From the IMG/VR virus record IMGVR_UViG_3300042691_028844, positions 1 to 64,000 of that record: a stretch of 64,000 bases of DNA; one strand, written 5' to 3'. Positions within the stretch are counted from its first letter, which is position 1. Each line of letters starts with the position of its first letter. A program made the translations under genes and the position numbers. Of the stretch, positions 36,386-47,387 are shown in pieces. The notes under the pieces are model-generated. The model was not told where the DNA came from and did no database searches. It saw only the letters and a program-made list of their open reading frames with translations. Origin of the DNA: a virus.

Positions 36386-36424
36386 GCAGGTTGATTATAG
36401 TGCCAGTATATTAGCAGTTTTTTG

Positions 36425-37162
36425 TTAGACCAGCGTGATGCCCCACTTAGAGGCTAGCCATGATTGCAACGAGTCTCGATCGGTGCTGTTCAGAACAGAA
36501 GAGAAACAGATCACTTCACCCATCAGGCCAAGCCAACCGCGAGTGCCGAGGTAGAAATTGCTTCTATCGTTACCCAGCTGAACACCCTGGTTGGTATTGA
36601 ATGAAGCCGAACCATTATTTAAGATGCGAATAATCGAGGGGTTGTCTACACTTGGCGAAGTAAAGTGCGACGTTCCAAATCTGTTGGTTGCTCCACCGTT
36701 AATGTAAGCCCTATCAAAACCTGTGCTTGCTTGGGTGTAAGCTGTATTGAGCCCACTAATGTACCAACCTGGATCATCATAGGCAGTTATTAGGCCACCA
36801 AAAGCAGTGTAAGTTCCGCCAAATGCCCCGTCCATGACAACGTAAATTTCAGCTATAGCAGTTGTTGTTGTAGTAGAATTGCGCAGATAGTTACTGTGAT
36901 TACTGCTGCCCCAGTCTACGCATTTCTTGCCGTTGATACCGGTGACATACTGCGGGCCGGTTGCGCTTTTAGTGAGCGTCCACGCCCTGCTGCCTTTGCT
37001 GGTTACTGCCGTGATCTCAGTACCAGATGTTGTTACGGTTGTCTGATCGGCAAAGTCATACCAAAGAACTGGAGATAGCCCTGGCGTTGGGTCGACGGGC
37101 CCACCTCCTGTTTTTCTTCTTGCCGAGGCACTAAATCTTGCTTTCGGTGGGATTAAAAACAT
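36425..37162 (-). CDS. Virion-associated lectin/LamG-like domain protein
   Basis: LWYDFAD...GEVI.F...L...W.ASKWG pattern seen in phage fibre domains. Confidence 0.65.
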   Translation of the reverse strand: MFLIPPKARFSASARRKTGGGPVDPTPGLSPVLWYDFADQTTVTTSGTEITAVTSKGSRAWTLTKSATGPQYVTGINGKKCVDWGSSNHSNYLRNSTTTTTAIAEIYVVMDGAFGGTYTAFGGLITAYDDPGWYISGLNTAYTQASTGFDRAYINGGATNRFGTSHFTSPSVDNPSIIRILNNGSASFNTNQGVQLGNDRSNFYLGTRGWLGLMGEVICFSSVLNSTDRDSLQSWLASKWGITLV

Positions 37163-37164
37163 GA

Positions 37165-37806
37165 TTAAGCTGAGGTTTCGCCGGTAAGAATGTATCTGTC
37201 TGCGGATATACCGATCACACCCGCCACTGCAAATTGCCTTGCAGTCTTAAACGTGGCTCCCGCAGAGTCCAGCGTAACGGAGGTACCCGAAGTAACCGTT
37301 ACTTGACCAGAAGCCAGCTGAATCAGCGTGCAGTTAAATCCGTTTGTCAGACCTTGTGGCACCTGGACGGCTACACCCGTCGCGTTCGTGAAGAGAACCG
37401 TTCTGCCGTTATCCGTAGCGGCCAGTACGTACCCCGTGGTAGCTACGGTGTTTAAGCTCGCCAGGGTAGTTGTGTAGCTCGGTGACGTTATGCCCGAAGC
37501 GTAGATTCCTGAGCCAGTGAAAATCGCATTTTCGCTGCCTGAAGCTGTAGTACCAGCTTTGAATTGAATGGCGCCAGCCGGCCCTAGTGTAGTGCTGCCA
37601 CCTACTGTAATGTATGCAGCTGCTGCGGCCGCAAAGCCACTAACAGTTACTTTCTTTGGTTGTGCGTCTGCGTCGATCTCGCTGACATCTAATACTGCTA
37701 AAACGTCAGCTCCGGAGAGCGCAGAGTCTCCAGTCTGCAGATCATGAATGGGCTGGATGCTGCGACCGTAGGATCTAGCGTCATCCAGATTACGCCGCGT
37801 AGCCAC
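37165..37806 (-). CDS. Virion structural/fibre-associated protein
   Basis: Y.L..TDNG...VP..L..GF.C..IQ...GQVT pattern. Confidence 0.65.
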   Translation of the reverse strand: MATRRNLDDARSYGRSIQPIHDLQTGDSALSGADVLAVLDVSEIDADAQPKKVTVSGFAAAAAAYITVGGSTTLGPAGAIQFKAGTTASGSENAIFTGSGIYASGITSPSYTTTLASLNTVATTGYVLAATDNGRTVLFTNATGVAVQVPQGLTNGFNCTLIQLASGQVTVTSGTSVTLDSAGATFKTARQFAVAGVIGISADRYILTGETSA

Positions 37807-37896
37807 TGGTTTTTCTTTATTTAACTCCAGTATAGCCCTACTTTTTTCTGCTGAAGACTGTTAGTATGGTGGCAGATTGATTTTATTCGCTAATAC

Positions 37897-38661
37897 ATGA
37901 TCCCTGTTATCGGTACAGCTGTTGTTAATGCGCCTCATTGGGTATACAGATTATTCTACAGCATAGACTATCCGGTTGATACCTTTGTTATTTTCAATAA
38001 CAACGGCCGAGGTCAAATCACTGAAGAACTGGACTATTTAACTAAGGTTCCGCATAAGTACGTGAAGCGGGTTGTCGTGACCCACATGCCGTCGAACTTC
38101 GGTTGTTCTGGCGCGTGGAATCTGATCATCAAGTCGTTTATGTTTGCTCCGTACTGGATCATCACAAACCATGACTTGATGTTCACACCGGGGTTTTTAA
38201 AGCAAGCCGTGGAGCACGCAGCAGATGCGGAAACCGGTATCGTCCACGGGGAGAACGGCAGTTGGGATTTCTTTCTCTTAAAAGACTGGGTTGTGCAGCA
38301 GTACGGGTTGTTTGATGAGAACTTGTATCCGGCGTACTGTGAGGATATGGATTACGGAATGCGTTTTAAACATAAGGATTTAAAGCGTTGTATGTCTGTA
38401 GGTCTGCCTTATTACCATGGGGAGACCTGCGGTGATTACGCTGACGGGTCACAAACCTGGCGATCTGAGCCCGAACTGGCGTCCAAAATTAACCTGGCGC
38501 ACGAGCTGAACAAACAGTATCTGCACGCCAAGTGGAATCCAGCGTGGCAGGCTCACGTTGAGGGTGAAGTTTATAAAACTCCTTTTAACAACCCGAGTAT
38601 CCCGCTGGACTTCACAACGTACGATTTACACTTCGTTCGTAGTAAAAGTCTAGGGTTTTAA
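37897..38661 (+). CDS. Glycosyltransferase, GT-A/GT2-like
   Basis: N.G.SGAWN, ITNHD, GLFDENLYPAYCED.DY. Confidence 0.85.
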   Translation: MIPVIGTAVVNAPHWVYRLFYSIDYPVDTFVIFNNNGRGQITEELDYLTKVPHKYVKRVVVTHMPSNFGCSGAWNLIIKSFMFAPYWIITNHDLMFTPGFLKQAVEHAADAETGIVHGENGSWDFFLLKDWVVQQYGLFDENLYPAYCEDMDYGMRFKHKDLKRCMSVGLPYYHGETCGDYADGSQTWRSEPELASKINLAHELNKQYLHAKWNPAWQAHVEGEVYKTPFNNPSIPLDFTTYDLHFVRSKSLGF

Positions 38662-38666
38662 GTATA

Positions 38667-38969
38667 GTGAGCGAAGCGAATAGTCAGTATGCTGTCGGAA
38701 TGCCTTACTACTCGTCACACACTGACCGAGGTCAATTAGTTAACTCCCTCAAAGAGGTGCTAGATCAGCGCGGCGTTTCTTCTTTTAAACTTAGCGTCGA
38801 GGCTGAACTTTCACCTACGACTACACGTAAGATCTACTCAGACCATAAGTATATACCTTCTCCTACTGTTTTAGAACGAATTTGTTTAGTTTTAAATATT
38901 CAGCCTGGCGAGATTCTAAAAATTTCGTCTAATATGGAATCACAAGTAGCGGTGTGTTCCGGTGTTTAG
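38667..38969 (+). CDS. Cro/C1-type HTH regulator
   Basis: LKEVLDQRGVS..KLS...LS..T...LERIC..LNIQPGEIL. Confidence 0.85.
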   Translation: MSEANSQYAVGMPYYSSHTDRGQLVNSLKEVLDQRGVSSFKLSVEAELSPTTTRKIYSDHKYIPSPTVLERICLVLNIQPGEILKISSNMESQVAVCSGV

Positions 38970-39468
38970 TCCTGCTGATTACGAGCTGGCGGCTCGATTG
39001 ACCGGATTACCCGTTCCGCGTACGGCTGCCGAGCAGGCTGCAGCAGCACCTATCGTATCCAACATTCTTAGGACTTTTGGGCGGGCTCCGGCGCCTATGC
39101 CTGGTTTTGATGACTCTCGTGGAATGTCAACGTCGCCCACGAGGTCTCTCAACATGATGCCTGATGTTTCCCAGCCGGAAGCTAAGGATCAGTTAGAGCA
39201 TCGTCTTCGTGCAGGTATGACGGATCCGGACGCGTTTGCCGAAATTGCAGACTTACTAGAGATAATTGAGCAAGATCCGGAGATTGTAGATCAGCTGTTA
39301 GCTGCCCTTAGGGATATGCAGGATGACTCTGCGGCTTCTGGTGAGATGCTTAGTCAGCAGCGTCCTCTGTATTACGACACTCCTAATTATGGCGGGCAGT
39401 ACTCTGTGCTGAACGCCCCTAGCTCCAGTCCCATCCCTCCGTCCATTCGTTATCAGGAATTGGGCTGA
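38962..39468 (+). CDS. Hypothetical late protein
   Basis: ORF track. Confidence 0.7.
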   Translation: MFSPADYELAARLTGLPVPRTAAEQAAAAPIVSNILRTFGRAPAPMPGFDDSRGMSTSPTRSLNMMPDVSQPEAKDQLEHRLRAGMTDPDAFAEIADLLEIIEQDPEIVDQLLAALRDMQDDSAASGEMLSQQRPLYYDTPNYGGQYSVLNAPSSSPIPPSIRYQELG

Positions 39469-39469
39469 T

Positions 39470-39706
39470 ATGGACCGTATTCGTCAGTTAATGGACAGGG
39501 ACGTTAGATACGACGCTCCTGAACTCTCTCCTAGTGAGTTTTTACAGTCTTATTTAGATTCTAATTTTCCACAAACTGCAACACACCCCTCAGCCGAGCA
39601 GAAGGCTATGGGTGTATCTAAGTCAACTGATGAAGATGAGCTAAACTTTAATAAGATGAAGCGTGCGCCTACGGGCGTTGGCTACGACCGTCCGCAAGTC
39701 AGCTAA
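39470..39706 (+). CDS. Small protein (FLxxYL motif)
   Basis: ORF track. Confidence 0.65.
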   Translation: MDRIRQLMDRDVRYDAPELSPSEFLQSYLDSNFPQTATHPSAEQKAMGVSKSTDEDELNFNKMKRAPTGVGYDRPQVS

Positions 39707-40458
39707 TGGCCCCTATTCCCGTTCGCGGTCTCGCTGGTTTAGGCACAGGAGCAATCGAAGCTCTTGTTAAAGCCGGCGTGGATCCTAACGACCTGTTAAA
39801 GACTTTGGGCGAAGGGACGCAGGAAGGTGTCCAACGAATTCCTGGCGAAACTCGTCGAGCACTTTTACGAGACATTCTTGCCAGCGTCATAGGGGGAGGT
39901 ATTGCTACCTCTGTACCTAATCTCGTAGAGAGTATCGTAAAACCGTCTGCTATTGCGGGTCCTCCGGCAGAAGGCCGGTACATGGTTGGGCCAGATGTCG
40001 ACCTGCGGCTGATTCCGGATTATCGGGCCGATGTCTTTAGGACGCGGCTTCTAAATCTCCTGCCGGGAGTTGAGCTCCCCATGCCTAGATCCCCTCAAGA
40101 TGTATTAGGGGAAATCGAGGCCCGTATTACGCGTCAGGCCCGAGACTTAACGGAAAGAGAAATTGCGAAGACTAGAGCTGAACGAGAGTTTGATGTTGCT
40201 TTGAAGAGGCTAGAGACACAAGGTGCTCTCCAAAGAGCCCAAGTGGAGGCTGCTAGCGCTATTCGCCAGCAAGAGATTGCTAGTGGAGCCGATATTCGCT
40301 CCCGCGAGCTGCAGAGTTTAGGCGACGTTCAGCGCCAAAGGCTGAGTTCGTCCTATGATTTTGCTAAGGGAGCATTGGAGAACGCCATTCAAAACGTACT
40401 CCAATCTGGGGTTATTAATGATCGTTCTGTTCAGCAAGAGTTAGCTCGCATTCAATAA
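39706..40458 (+). CDS. Possible internal virion/ejection protein
   Basis: G/A-rich N-terminus, coiled-coil C-terminus. Confidence 0.65.
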   Translation: MAPIPVRGLAGLGTGAIEALVKAGVDPNDLLKTLGEGTQEGVQRIPGETRRALLRDILASVIGGGIATSVPNLVESIVKPSAIAGPPAEGRYMVGPDVDLRLIPDYRADVFRTRLLNLLPGVELPMPRSPQDVLGEIEARITRQARDLTEREIAKTRAEREFDVALKRLETQGALQRAQVEAASAIRQQEIASGADIRSRELQSLGDVQRQRLSSSYDFAKGALENAIQNVLQSGVINDRSVQQELARIQ

Positions 40459-40462
40459 GAAC

Positions 40463-41317
40463 ATGGCCCTTCCTCTCCCTGTTAATCCCTTTCAAAACGT
40501 AACTCCTGCGGAGCTCTTAACTCCTCTTGGGTTTGTAACTCTCCCTTTTCGCGGGGCGGCGGCGGTAATGTCTGGCCTTAGTGGTGCGGACCAGAGTCGC
40601 CCTACAGCCCGTGGAGGACAAAAAGCGACCCTTGGCGGAAAGCCTGTCGTCTTTGATGCTGGCTCCAATAAATGGGAGCCTGACCTGAGTACTCCGGAAG
40701 GTAAGGATGCTTGGAGGGCTCCCGGAACTCGGGCTACGCTGGGAAGCGCTTCCGTAACTTGGGACCCTAAAGAGGGTTGGGTTGCGGACAGGCGATCAGC
40801 CAATGATTCTTCATTGCCACCCCCTCCTCCGACTGACGCTTACACCGGGGGAAACATTGATACGGATACTGGGGTTCCTCCTGTACCTAATCTTCCCGCG
40901 CCAACCGAGGGCGCTCCGGGTACTTTTCCGTCACCAAACACGCCTTTAGGCAAACAGCAGCCTGATATTGATCCCAAGCTTCCGTTTGATTATACGGAAC
41001 GGATGATCCGGGACTACTTTGTACCGCTCCGAGAGCGAGAGCGCAAAGGAGCACTGATTGAGAGCATTGTTACTTCCCAGTTACGCGATCGTGGCTTACG
41101 AGAGTTATCGCGTCGGGCGATCGAAACCGAAAACATTAAAGCTTGGAGAGAGATTGAGGTGGCTCGACAGCAGGCTATGTCGAACCAAGCTATTGCATTG
41201 GCTAATACGGCGTACCTCTCTCAAATTCCTAATACGGGGATTATGCAGGCGATGTCCGAGACGATGAAAGCCTCTATGCAGCCTGTATCTTTAGCTTCTG
41301 TTGGGACGGTGGGCTGA
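40463..41317 (+). CDS. Possible internal virion protein, Pro-rich
   Basis: ORF track. Confidence 0.65.
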   Translation: MALPLPVNPFQNVTPAELLTPLGFVTLPFRGAAAVMSGLSGADQSRPTARGGQKATLGGKPVVFDAGSNKWEPDLSTPEGKDAWRAPGTRATLGSASVTWDPKEGWVADRRSANDSSLPPPPPTDAYTGGNIDTDTGVPPVPNLPAPTEGAPGTFPSPNTPLGKQQPDIDPKLPFDYTERMIRDYFVPLRERERKGALIESIVTSQLRDRGLRELSRRAIETENIKAWREIEVARQQAMSNQAIALANTAYLSQIPNTGIMQAMSETMKASMQPVSLASVGTVG

Positions 41318-42024
41318 TGGCTGGTCCTCTTGCTGCTCTTGGTGCGATTGGCACTTTCGCTAGTGGGGCGGGCAGTCTCGCTGGATCCTTAGGTTTAGGC
41401 GGCAGCGGCCCAAGCCCAGGAACTCCAACCGGAGCGGATTACGTATCCCTGTACGCTTCGTCGTTAGCTCCGGGTAACACACAACTCACTATCGCTGCGC
41501 AACAGTTAGCTGCGATGATGGGGCCTTATATCCAAGGGCTCAATACATCCACGGCTCTACAAGGATCGCAGTCTTTAGGTCAATTCAATCAAGCTGCTTA
41601 TCGCGACCAAAAGGTAACTGATTTGTACTCCGGTATTGCCGGGGGGTACTCTAACTCGCTAATTGGTAATGAAGATCTCGTAGCTAAGTATAAAACGGCT
41701 ACAGAATTCCTAGGACCCTCAGCTGCTGCTGATCTCACATCTAAGTATGCTGATACTGCATCCGCTCTGCAGGCCAGAGTGTTAGAAGGTGAATCGAGTG
41801 CCCTGAATAAGGTCACTGAAGGACAGGTTTTGGCGGGTATGGACGCGTCTGAGAAGCGCAATGAGTTTGCTTCGAATATCGCGAACACTAATCTTGATAT
41901 TCGTAAACGTCAGGAAGACACTAAGAACGCGTTAGCTCTCCAGCGTGGGCAATTTGAAGCTTGGAGAGCTAAACACGCAATAGGTCAAGGTAGTGCGCTC
42001 GCCGGGCTAAGAATGTTCGCATGA
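41317..42024 (+). CDS. Possible ejection/pilot-like protein
   Basis: G/A/S-rich hydrophobic N-terminus then helical region. Confidence 0.65.
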   Translation: MAGPLAALGAIGTFASGAGSLAGSLGLGGSGPSPGTPTGADYVSLYASSLAPGNTQLTIAAQQLAAMMGPYIQGLNTSTALQGSQSLGQFNQAAYRDQKVTDLYSGIAGGYSNSLIGNEDLVAKYKTATEFLGPSAAADLTSKYADTASALQARVLEGESSALNKVTEGQVLAGMDASEKRNEFASNIANTNLDIRKRQEDTKNALALQRGQFEAWRAKHAIGQGSALAGLRMFA

Positions 42025-42548
42025 TTTCTACGATTGGTAACTCCCAAACTGTTGCAGACTGGCTTGCTCTTTTAGATAAGTCTGCGAAAGACGCTTTTGT
42101 CCATTACGCTAAGAATTCCGCTAGCGATATTGAGGCTTACTTGTACGCCCGGTTTATGAAGCCGTCGTACACCGGAAGCATCAGCGATCTTTCCGCGTGG
42201 GTTCAAGAGAAGTACCCGAAAACTGATTTACGTAAAATCCTGTTATTCGAAATCGACGAGCTTCAGCAAGATATTCATAAAGTTAGGGACATGACCATAA
42301 CAGGCATGTTAGATCACGCCACGGCGGCCACGAAGATCTCCGCTCTTCAGAAAGAACTTCGGTCTCACATTCAGTCTGTTCGAGCTATGTCAGATGGGCT
42401 TGACCGGCGTGGATTGCTGCTTGCCGGCGCTGATCGATGCCTCAGAGAGTTGACCCAGACCTTCGAATCTCAACCTACGATTCAAGCTTTGTTAGAAGAC
42501 TCGGCTTTATTGGTCTGGTCAACTCTGGAGCGTGAAGAACGCAGCTAA
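42021..42548 (+). CDS. Helical protein, candidate terminase small subunit
   Basis: ORF certain; function guessed from position and size. Confidence 0.5.
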   Translation: MISTIGNSQTVADWLALLDKSAKDAFVHYAKNSASDIEAYLYARFMKPSYTGSISDLSAWVQEKYPKTDLRKILLFEIDELQQDIHKVRDMTITGMLDHATAATKISALQKELRSHIQSVRAMSDGLDRRGLLLAGADRCLRELTQTFESQPTIQALLEDSALLVWSTLEREERS

Positions 42549-42549
42549 T

Positions 42550-43641
42550 TCACACGCTGATAACTTTAGTCATTCGCTTCATTATGTTTTCTAGCGGGCA
42601 CCTAAACGTGCCCATAAACGCGTCATTGACCCCTAAAGCCATCACAACTTCTGTGTTTTCGATAAACGCCCCGAAAGGGAGGATAACTGCGGGCTGAAAG
42701 GACACAATATTTCCTGTTACGTCAGTCCACGCAATGAGCTGGTCATTTAGGGATCCTTCAAACAACGGATTTTCGTCGTAGTACAGGATTTTCTCAAAAG
42801 TCTTATCGACTATGTAAGAACCTAAATAGTATTTAAGATACACAAATCCGTTAGAGTCTGTCTCCATACGCTTCCAGTGATAAAACACTAGATGGCCGTA
42901 TCCGATATTGATCGGAGCCGTGGAGTTGAAGGTAGCAGCTCCGTGCGTTGCGCCCTCCAGTACGGTTGTGTCTGTTGTAATCGTTGGGCTTGACTCTCGC
43001 TCAATGATCAAGGGTCGCGTTGAGTACAGACAACACAACTCGTCTTTATGGGTAAAGAAGCACCAGTTTTTCTCTGCGGCTTCTTTTTCTCGGTTTTTTC
43101 CGATCGGCGGAATTGCTGGTGTAACAGCTTCCCCTGTTTCGTTGACGTAGGCGACGATTACCTTCGGTTGATCGAAGAGTTTCGCACCGCCTTTATTTCT
43201 CTGACTTGCATAAGTTGAGCCAACAAACTGAACGTAAAGTTCAGAGTCTGGGCCAATAAAAAGTCGAGGATCCTCGTAACTGAGCTTGTGAGGTTTTGAT
43301 CTGATTTTTTTCGTTCCGATGATTGTGGAGTCATTCAGCAGCTCTCCGATGTAAACATCCGTTGGCTGACTATTCATGTAGAAGTAATTATTGTCATATC
43401 TAAAGCAAAAAGGCTCTGGTTGTGATCTCCATGCAATCAGAGTTTTATTGTTATGCTTTAGAACACAAGGGCTGAAATTGGCAACTGAATTTTTAGGTAG
43501 GCCCTTGGTTATTCGCACGAAAGTACCGCCAAGACTCTCCGCTTGCTGGTAAACAGTTGGAGTTCCGGGGTGATCCTGTTTGATGCGGATAGCAACCTGA
43601 GAATGCTCGTGGTAAAACCGTGCGCTGTTCATGGGTATCAA
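42550..43641 (-). CDS. Beta-propeller glycoside hydrolase/phosphorylase-like protein (GH130/GH43-like)
   Basis: NFSPC, YEDPRLF, EKNWCFF motifs. Confidence 0.7.
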   Translation of the reverse strand: MIPMNSARFYHEHSQVAIRIKQDHPGTPTVYQQAESLGGTFVRITKGLPKNSVANFSPCVLKHNNKTLIAWRSQPEPFCFRYDNNYFYMNSQPTDVYIGELLNDSTIIGTKKIRSKPHKLSYEDPRLFIGPDSELYVQFVGSTYASQRNKGGAKLFDQPKVIVAYVNETGEAVTPAIPPIGKNREKEAAEKNWCFFTHKDELCCLYSTRPLIIERESSPTITTDTTVLEGATHGAATFNSTAPINIGYGHLVFYHWKRMETDSNGFVYLKYYLGSYIVDKTFEKILYYDENPLFEGSLNDQLIAWTDVTGNIVSFQPAVILPFGAFIENTEVVMALGVNDAFMGTFRCPLENIMKRMTKVISV

Positions 43642-44810
43642 GCTAAAAGGTCGTTAATTGCTGCTACAAACCCCGCAGCTACGGTTTCCCACCGGTATTC
43701 GGGTCTTTGAGTCAGTGCGTAGCAAGCATCGGCAACTTCTTTGTAAATTAACTTGTCGTGATACAGCGTGTTAAGTTGCTCCACAGCGTGATCTGTTTCG
43801 ATTAGACCGCGCTCAACGCCTAGGTCTTTGTCGTAGACCCACGTAGCAATGTCCGTGGTCATGCCAACGCCTTCCCACAGATCGCGGCACACTGTGTGAT
43901 TGGGAACAATCTGAGGCTTGCGGCAACTTGCGTGTTCGAAGCTGACAAGCCCCCAGCCCTCACCATCCGCAGTATTCAACCCTACGTTTGAGACGTTGTA
44001 GATCTTATTAAGAAGTTCGTCGGATGGTGCATCCGTGTAAGACATTGAGTTAGTCGTCAGCACCAGCCTGTTCTCGGCGCTTAGCCCACGCTTCTCCATC
44101 TCGTGACGGAAAAGAGGCATAATATCCCACCCAAGATCTTTAAGCGCCATGTGCAGATACAGCATTGTATCTGGCTTATCGACTGCAAATTTTGCGAAGG
44201 TTTGAATGGTTAGGTCTATACGTTTCCGAGGTTGGTTTCGATTACCGTTGAAAACAATAAACTTGTCCTTAGGAATTCCGAGTTGGTCGCGGGCTTCGTC
44301 CATTGGCATGGGGTTGAAGCGACCAATGTCCACCCCGTGGGGGATAACAGCTAGTTTCTGTGCTTCTACTCCTTGATCTAGAAGACGCTCAGCGCTTCCT
44401 ACGGTAAACGTAGTTGCTAGATCCCAGTGGGGGATATTTCGCAGCATATCAGAGAGGTAACTCTGACTATCTGTTGGGAAGTATGCGAAAAACTTGAACT
44501 TTTGAGTTTCGCGAAGGAACTGAGCTCTCTCCCAAACCTGATTTAGAACCCAAATATCCCCTAAGGCAATAAAAACATCAGGCTTGACTTTCGACAGGAT
44601 CTCCGGAATTCGGTTGAAGCCGTGGCGATCCGGTGCATTGACGGTAGCCGCCGGGTAAATGTCGAAAGGGTAATCGTGCGGATCTCCTACAGCGTTAACC
44701 CCGAGGACAGTGACTTCGTGCTGTTTACTTAGGTGGTTTAAGATGCTGTGCGTTACTCTACCGAATCCAGTATTACAGCACGCATCGCCATACCAAAGTA
44801 CTTTCGCCAT
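43638..44810 (-). CDS. Glycosyltransferase GT-B/GT4
   Basis: TGFGRV, IPHGVD, RNQPRKRID, EGWGL..FE. Confidence 0.9.
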   Translation of the reverse strand: MAKVLWYGDACCNTGFGRVTHSILNHLSKQHEVTVLGVNAVGDPHDYPFDIYPAATVNAPDRHGFNRIPEILSKVKPDVFIALGDIWVLNQVWERAQFLRETQKFKFFAYFPTDSQSYLSDMLRNIPHWDLATTFTVGSAERLLDQGVEAQKLAVIPHGVDIGRFNPMPMDEARDQLGIPKDKFIVFNGNRNQPRKRIDLTIQTFAKFAVDKPDTMLYLHMALKDLGWDIMPLFRHEMEKRGLSAENRLVLTTNSMSYTDAPSDELLNKIYNVSNVGLNTADGEGWGLVSFEHASCRKPQIVPNHTVCRDLWEGVGMTTDIATWVYDKDLGVERGLIETDHAVEQLNTLYHDKLIYKEVADACYALTQRPEYRWETVAAGFVAAINDLLA

Positions 44811-44863
44811 CCCGATGTAGAATCTGAATACAGTTAATATAGCAGCACTGTCAGGATATTGAT

Positions 44864-46384
44864 ATGCCGAGCCGGGAATCCTTTGCTTATCGTCGCGGTG
44901 CTCAGATCAAGGCAGTTAGAGCGCAAGAGGACACTTCAACTAAGTTAGATAACGTCTATTCGCGGGCTTCAGCGGATTTTCACACGTTCTGTACTCTTCT
45001 GGATAAGCCTCCGGCAAAGCACATGCTGGAGTGGCACCAGCACTTAATTACAGGTGCCTCAAACAAGTACTTAATTGATATTGCTGGGCCGAATCTAGAT
45101 ATCTTAAGTCCCCGAGGATCCGCAAAGTCTACTGTACTTAACCTGTTTACCGCTTGGATCATAGGTAGGCACACATCAGCTGGGTTGCCACTGCAGATTA
45201 TCTATGTGTCGTATAACATCGCCACTGCCACGCCGAAGAGCCGGATTATTAAGCAGCTGATCGATTCAACTGTCTACAAAAAGATTTTTCCTAAGGTCCA
45301 GCTAAAGGCTGGGATGCAGTCCGACATTGGCTGGTCGATTGACTTTGAGTACGCTGGTATTCCCCGCGTGGGCGATGAAGAGTTTACGTTGCGTGCTGCT
45401 GGCTTACGAGGTTCGATTACATCCAAACGCGCACATTTAGTTATCGTTGATGACCCTATTAAGTCCAGTACGGATATTAAAAATCCCGCAATTAGGGATG
45501 AAATGAATACTAACTGGTCGTCTGTTATTGCCCCAATTATCTTCGAGGGCGGACGCTCGATTTGTCTAGGCACCCGCTTCCACCCTCTAGACATTCATAA
45601 AACTCTCTTTGTTGAGTCTAAGGGATGGAAACAGGTGACTCAAGAGGCGCTTACCTACGACAACCACGGAAACCCCCGGAGTTACTGGCCGGAACAATGG
45701 TCTGTTAATTACCTGATGCAGCAGAAAGAACTTGATCCTGTTGCGTTTGCCTTCCAGTACCAACAACAACCCGTTCTTACTTCGGATCTTATCGTTTCTC
45801 CTGAGTTAATCATTAAGGGAGATGTTGTTACAGAGTTCGATTCGCTCGCCGTGGGAATTGACCTCTCAGCTAGTCGTAGTGAAACAAGCGACTACACCGC
45901 ATTTGTTCTCGGAGGACGCCTTAAGGACAAGTACTACATTATCGACGCTCATCAGTGTAGAAGTATCGGTAATTTAGAGAAGATAGATTTACTGTGCGAC
46001 ATGTTGTTGGAGTGGGGGATCCTGGTAAAACAGGATGGACAGTTCCTGCCTACTTATTCCACCGTTACCCTTGTTGTTGAGTCTGTTGCGTATCAAGCTT
46101 CTCTGGCTGCGGATATCCGGCGGGTTCTCTTAACTGAGCGGGGCTTAGGCAACCTTCACATTCACGAAGTCAAAGGCTTCCGTGGAGATAAGATTGCTCG
46201 GTTCAGAGGAACCCTCGGTTTGTTAGAGAATAAAAAGATCGTCTTTAACAAATATAGAAAGTTTGATGCGCTGCTTGACCAGCTGATTAATATAGGCGCT
46301 ACGTCTCACGATGACTTACTTGACGCCTATACCTGGCTCATCACTTTCTTGCAGCGACGCGGAACCTTCTCCATCGAGTACTAA
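44864..46384 (+). CDS. terL: Terminase large subunit
   Basis: PRGSAKST, VIVDDP, GTRFH, FQYQQ, GIDLS..DYTA, HDDLLDA. Confidence 0.93.
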   Translation: MPSRESFAYRRGAQIKAVRAQEDTSTKLDNVYSRASADFHTFCTLLDKPPAKHMLEWHQHLITGASNKYLIDIAGPNLDILSPRGSAKSTVLNLFTAWIIGRHTSAGLPLQIIYVSYNIATATPKSRIIKQLIDSTVYKKIFPKVQLKAGMQSDIGWSIDFEYAGIPRVGDEEFTLRAAGLRGSITSKRAHLVIVDDPIKSSTDIKNPAIRDEMNTNWSSVIAPIIFEGGRSICLGTRFHPLDIHKTLFVESKGWKQVTQEALTYDNHGNPRSYWPEQWSVNYLMQQKELDPVAFAFQYQQQPVLTSDLIVSPELIIKGDVVTEFDSLAVGIDLSASRSETSDYTAFVLGGRLKDKYYIIDAHQCRSIGNLEKIDLLCDMLLEWGILVKQDGQFLPTYSTVTLVVESVAYQASLAADIRRVLLTERGLGNLHIHEVKGFRGDKIARFRGTLGLLENKKIVFNKYRKFDALLDQLINIGATSHDDLLDAYTWLITFLQRRGTFSIEY

Positions 46385-46394
46385 TACGCACGCG

Positions 46395-47270
46395 ATGAAT
46401 AAACGAATTTGGGTCGCAATCACCGCACACAAACCTCTGGATAGGTTATCACCCTTACTGCATGTAATTTCTCAGTACGAGTCGTTTCCATTTGATGTTA
46501 AGGTTTGTGTTTACATTGATTATGACTCACAAAATGATGTTGAGCTTTTACACAACTTTTTCGGTATTTTTAAGAAGGTAGAAGTTGAAGTTAAAGTTGC
46601 TTCGCCTGGTTATGAAGATTGGTATTTAACCTGGGCGCACAAAACGGATCTAGCGCTTGAGATTCTCAATAAACGTGCAGATTACTATATTTATCAAGAG
46701 AATGACATGGTATTAACTCTAGAGAACTTTAAGTACTGGATGGTTTGGCAACCTCGTCTAGCTCAGCGTGGATTAGAACCGGGCTTTATTCGGTACGAAA
46801 ATTACAGCGGTTTAAAGGTCCCTTTTGATAATCACTACGTCTACTCGCTGACTAAAACCACGCCGGATATCTGGGGGTCAGTTGGGTTCACTGTCCCGAA
46901 GATTTTAGTTATTGATCACGAGATAGATTTATTTGTTCAGGTAGCCAACCCTTATTACGGGGGGATGATTCTCACTCAAGCTGACGGGGATAAATACATA
47001 CGCTCAATGAGTTACGACCCGGAGATGAGCTATTCCCGCGTAGGCATTCGTAATTGGCCCATCGCAGATCGTAGTTCTATGGGGTTGGCGTTCGAAGGTG
47101 TGCCAGCAGAGTACGAACACAGACGCTGCATTCCCCTTAAGAAAGTTTCAGAGGGTTACGAGCCCCTCGATTTTTGTTTGATTCACCATGACGACTTCAA
47201 ATATGCTCCGGAACTAAAGCAAAAAAATGTAACTTTATTAGATTGTAAGCAGATGTTTTCCTTGAGTTGA
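46395..47270 (+). CDS. Glycosyltransferase-like protein (GT-A)
   Basis: W.HK...DYYIYQEND motif, NPY.G. Confidence 0.6.
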   Translation: MNKRIWVAITAHKPLDRLSPLLHVISQYESFPFDVKVCVYIDYDSQNDVELLHNFFGIFKKVEVEVKVASPGYEDWYLTWAHKTDLALEILNKRADYYIYQENDMVLTLENFKYWMVWQPRLAQRGLEPGFIRYENYSGLKVPFDNHYVYSLTKTTPDIWGSVGFTVPKILVIDHEIDLFVQVANPYYGGMILTQADGDKYIRSMSYDPEMSYSRVGIRNWPIADRSSMGLAFEGVPAEYEHRRCIPLKKVSEGYEPLDFCLIHHDDFKYAPELKQKNVTLLDCKQMFSLS

Positions 47271-47387
47271 GAACTCCTCGTGGAGCTGAGTACGTAAAAG
47301 TCTGCTATACTCTCGCAGGAAGGAGTACATGTGAAGTTCTGTATAGAACAGACGCATACAACCTTCGTAAACATATTCAAGCTTTAC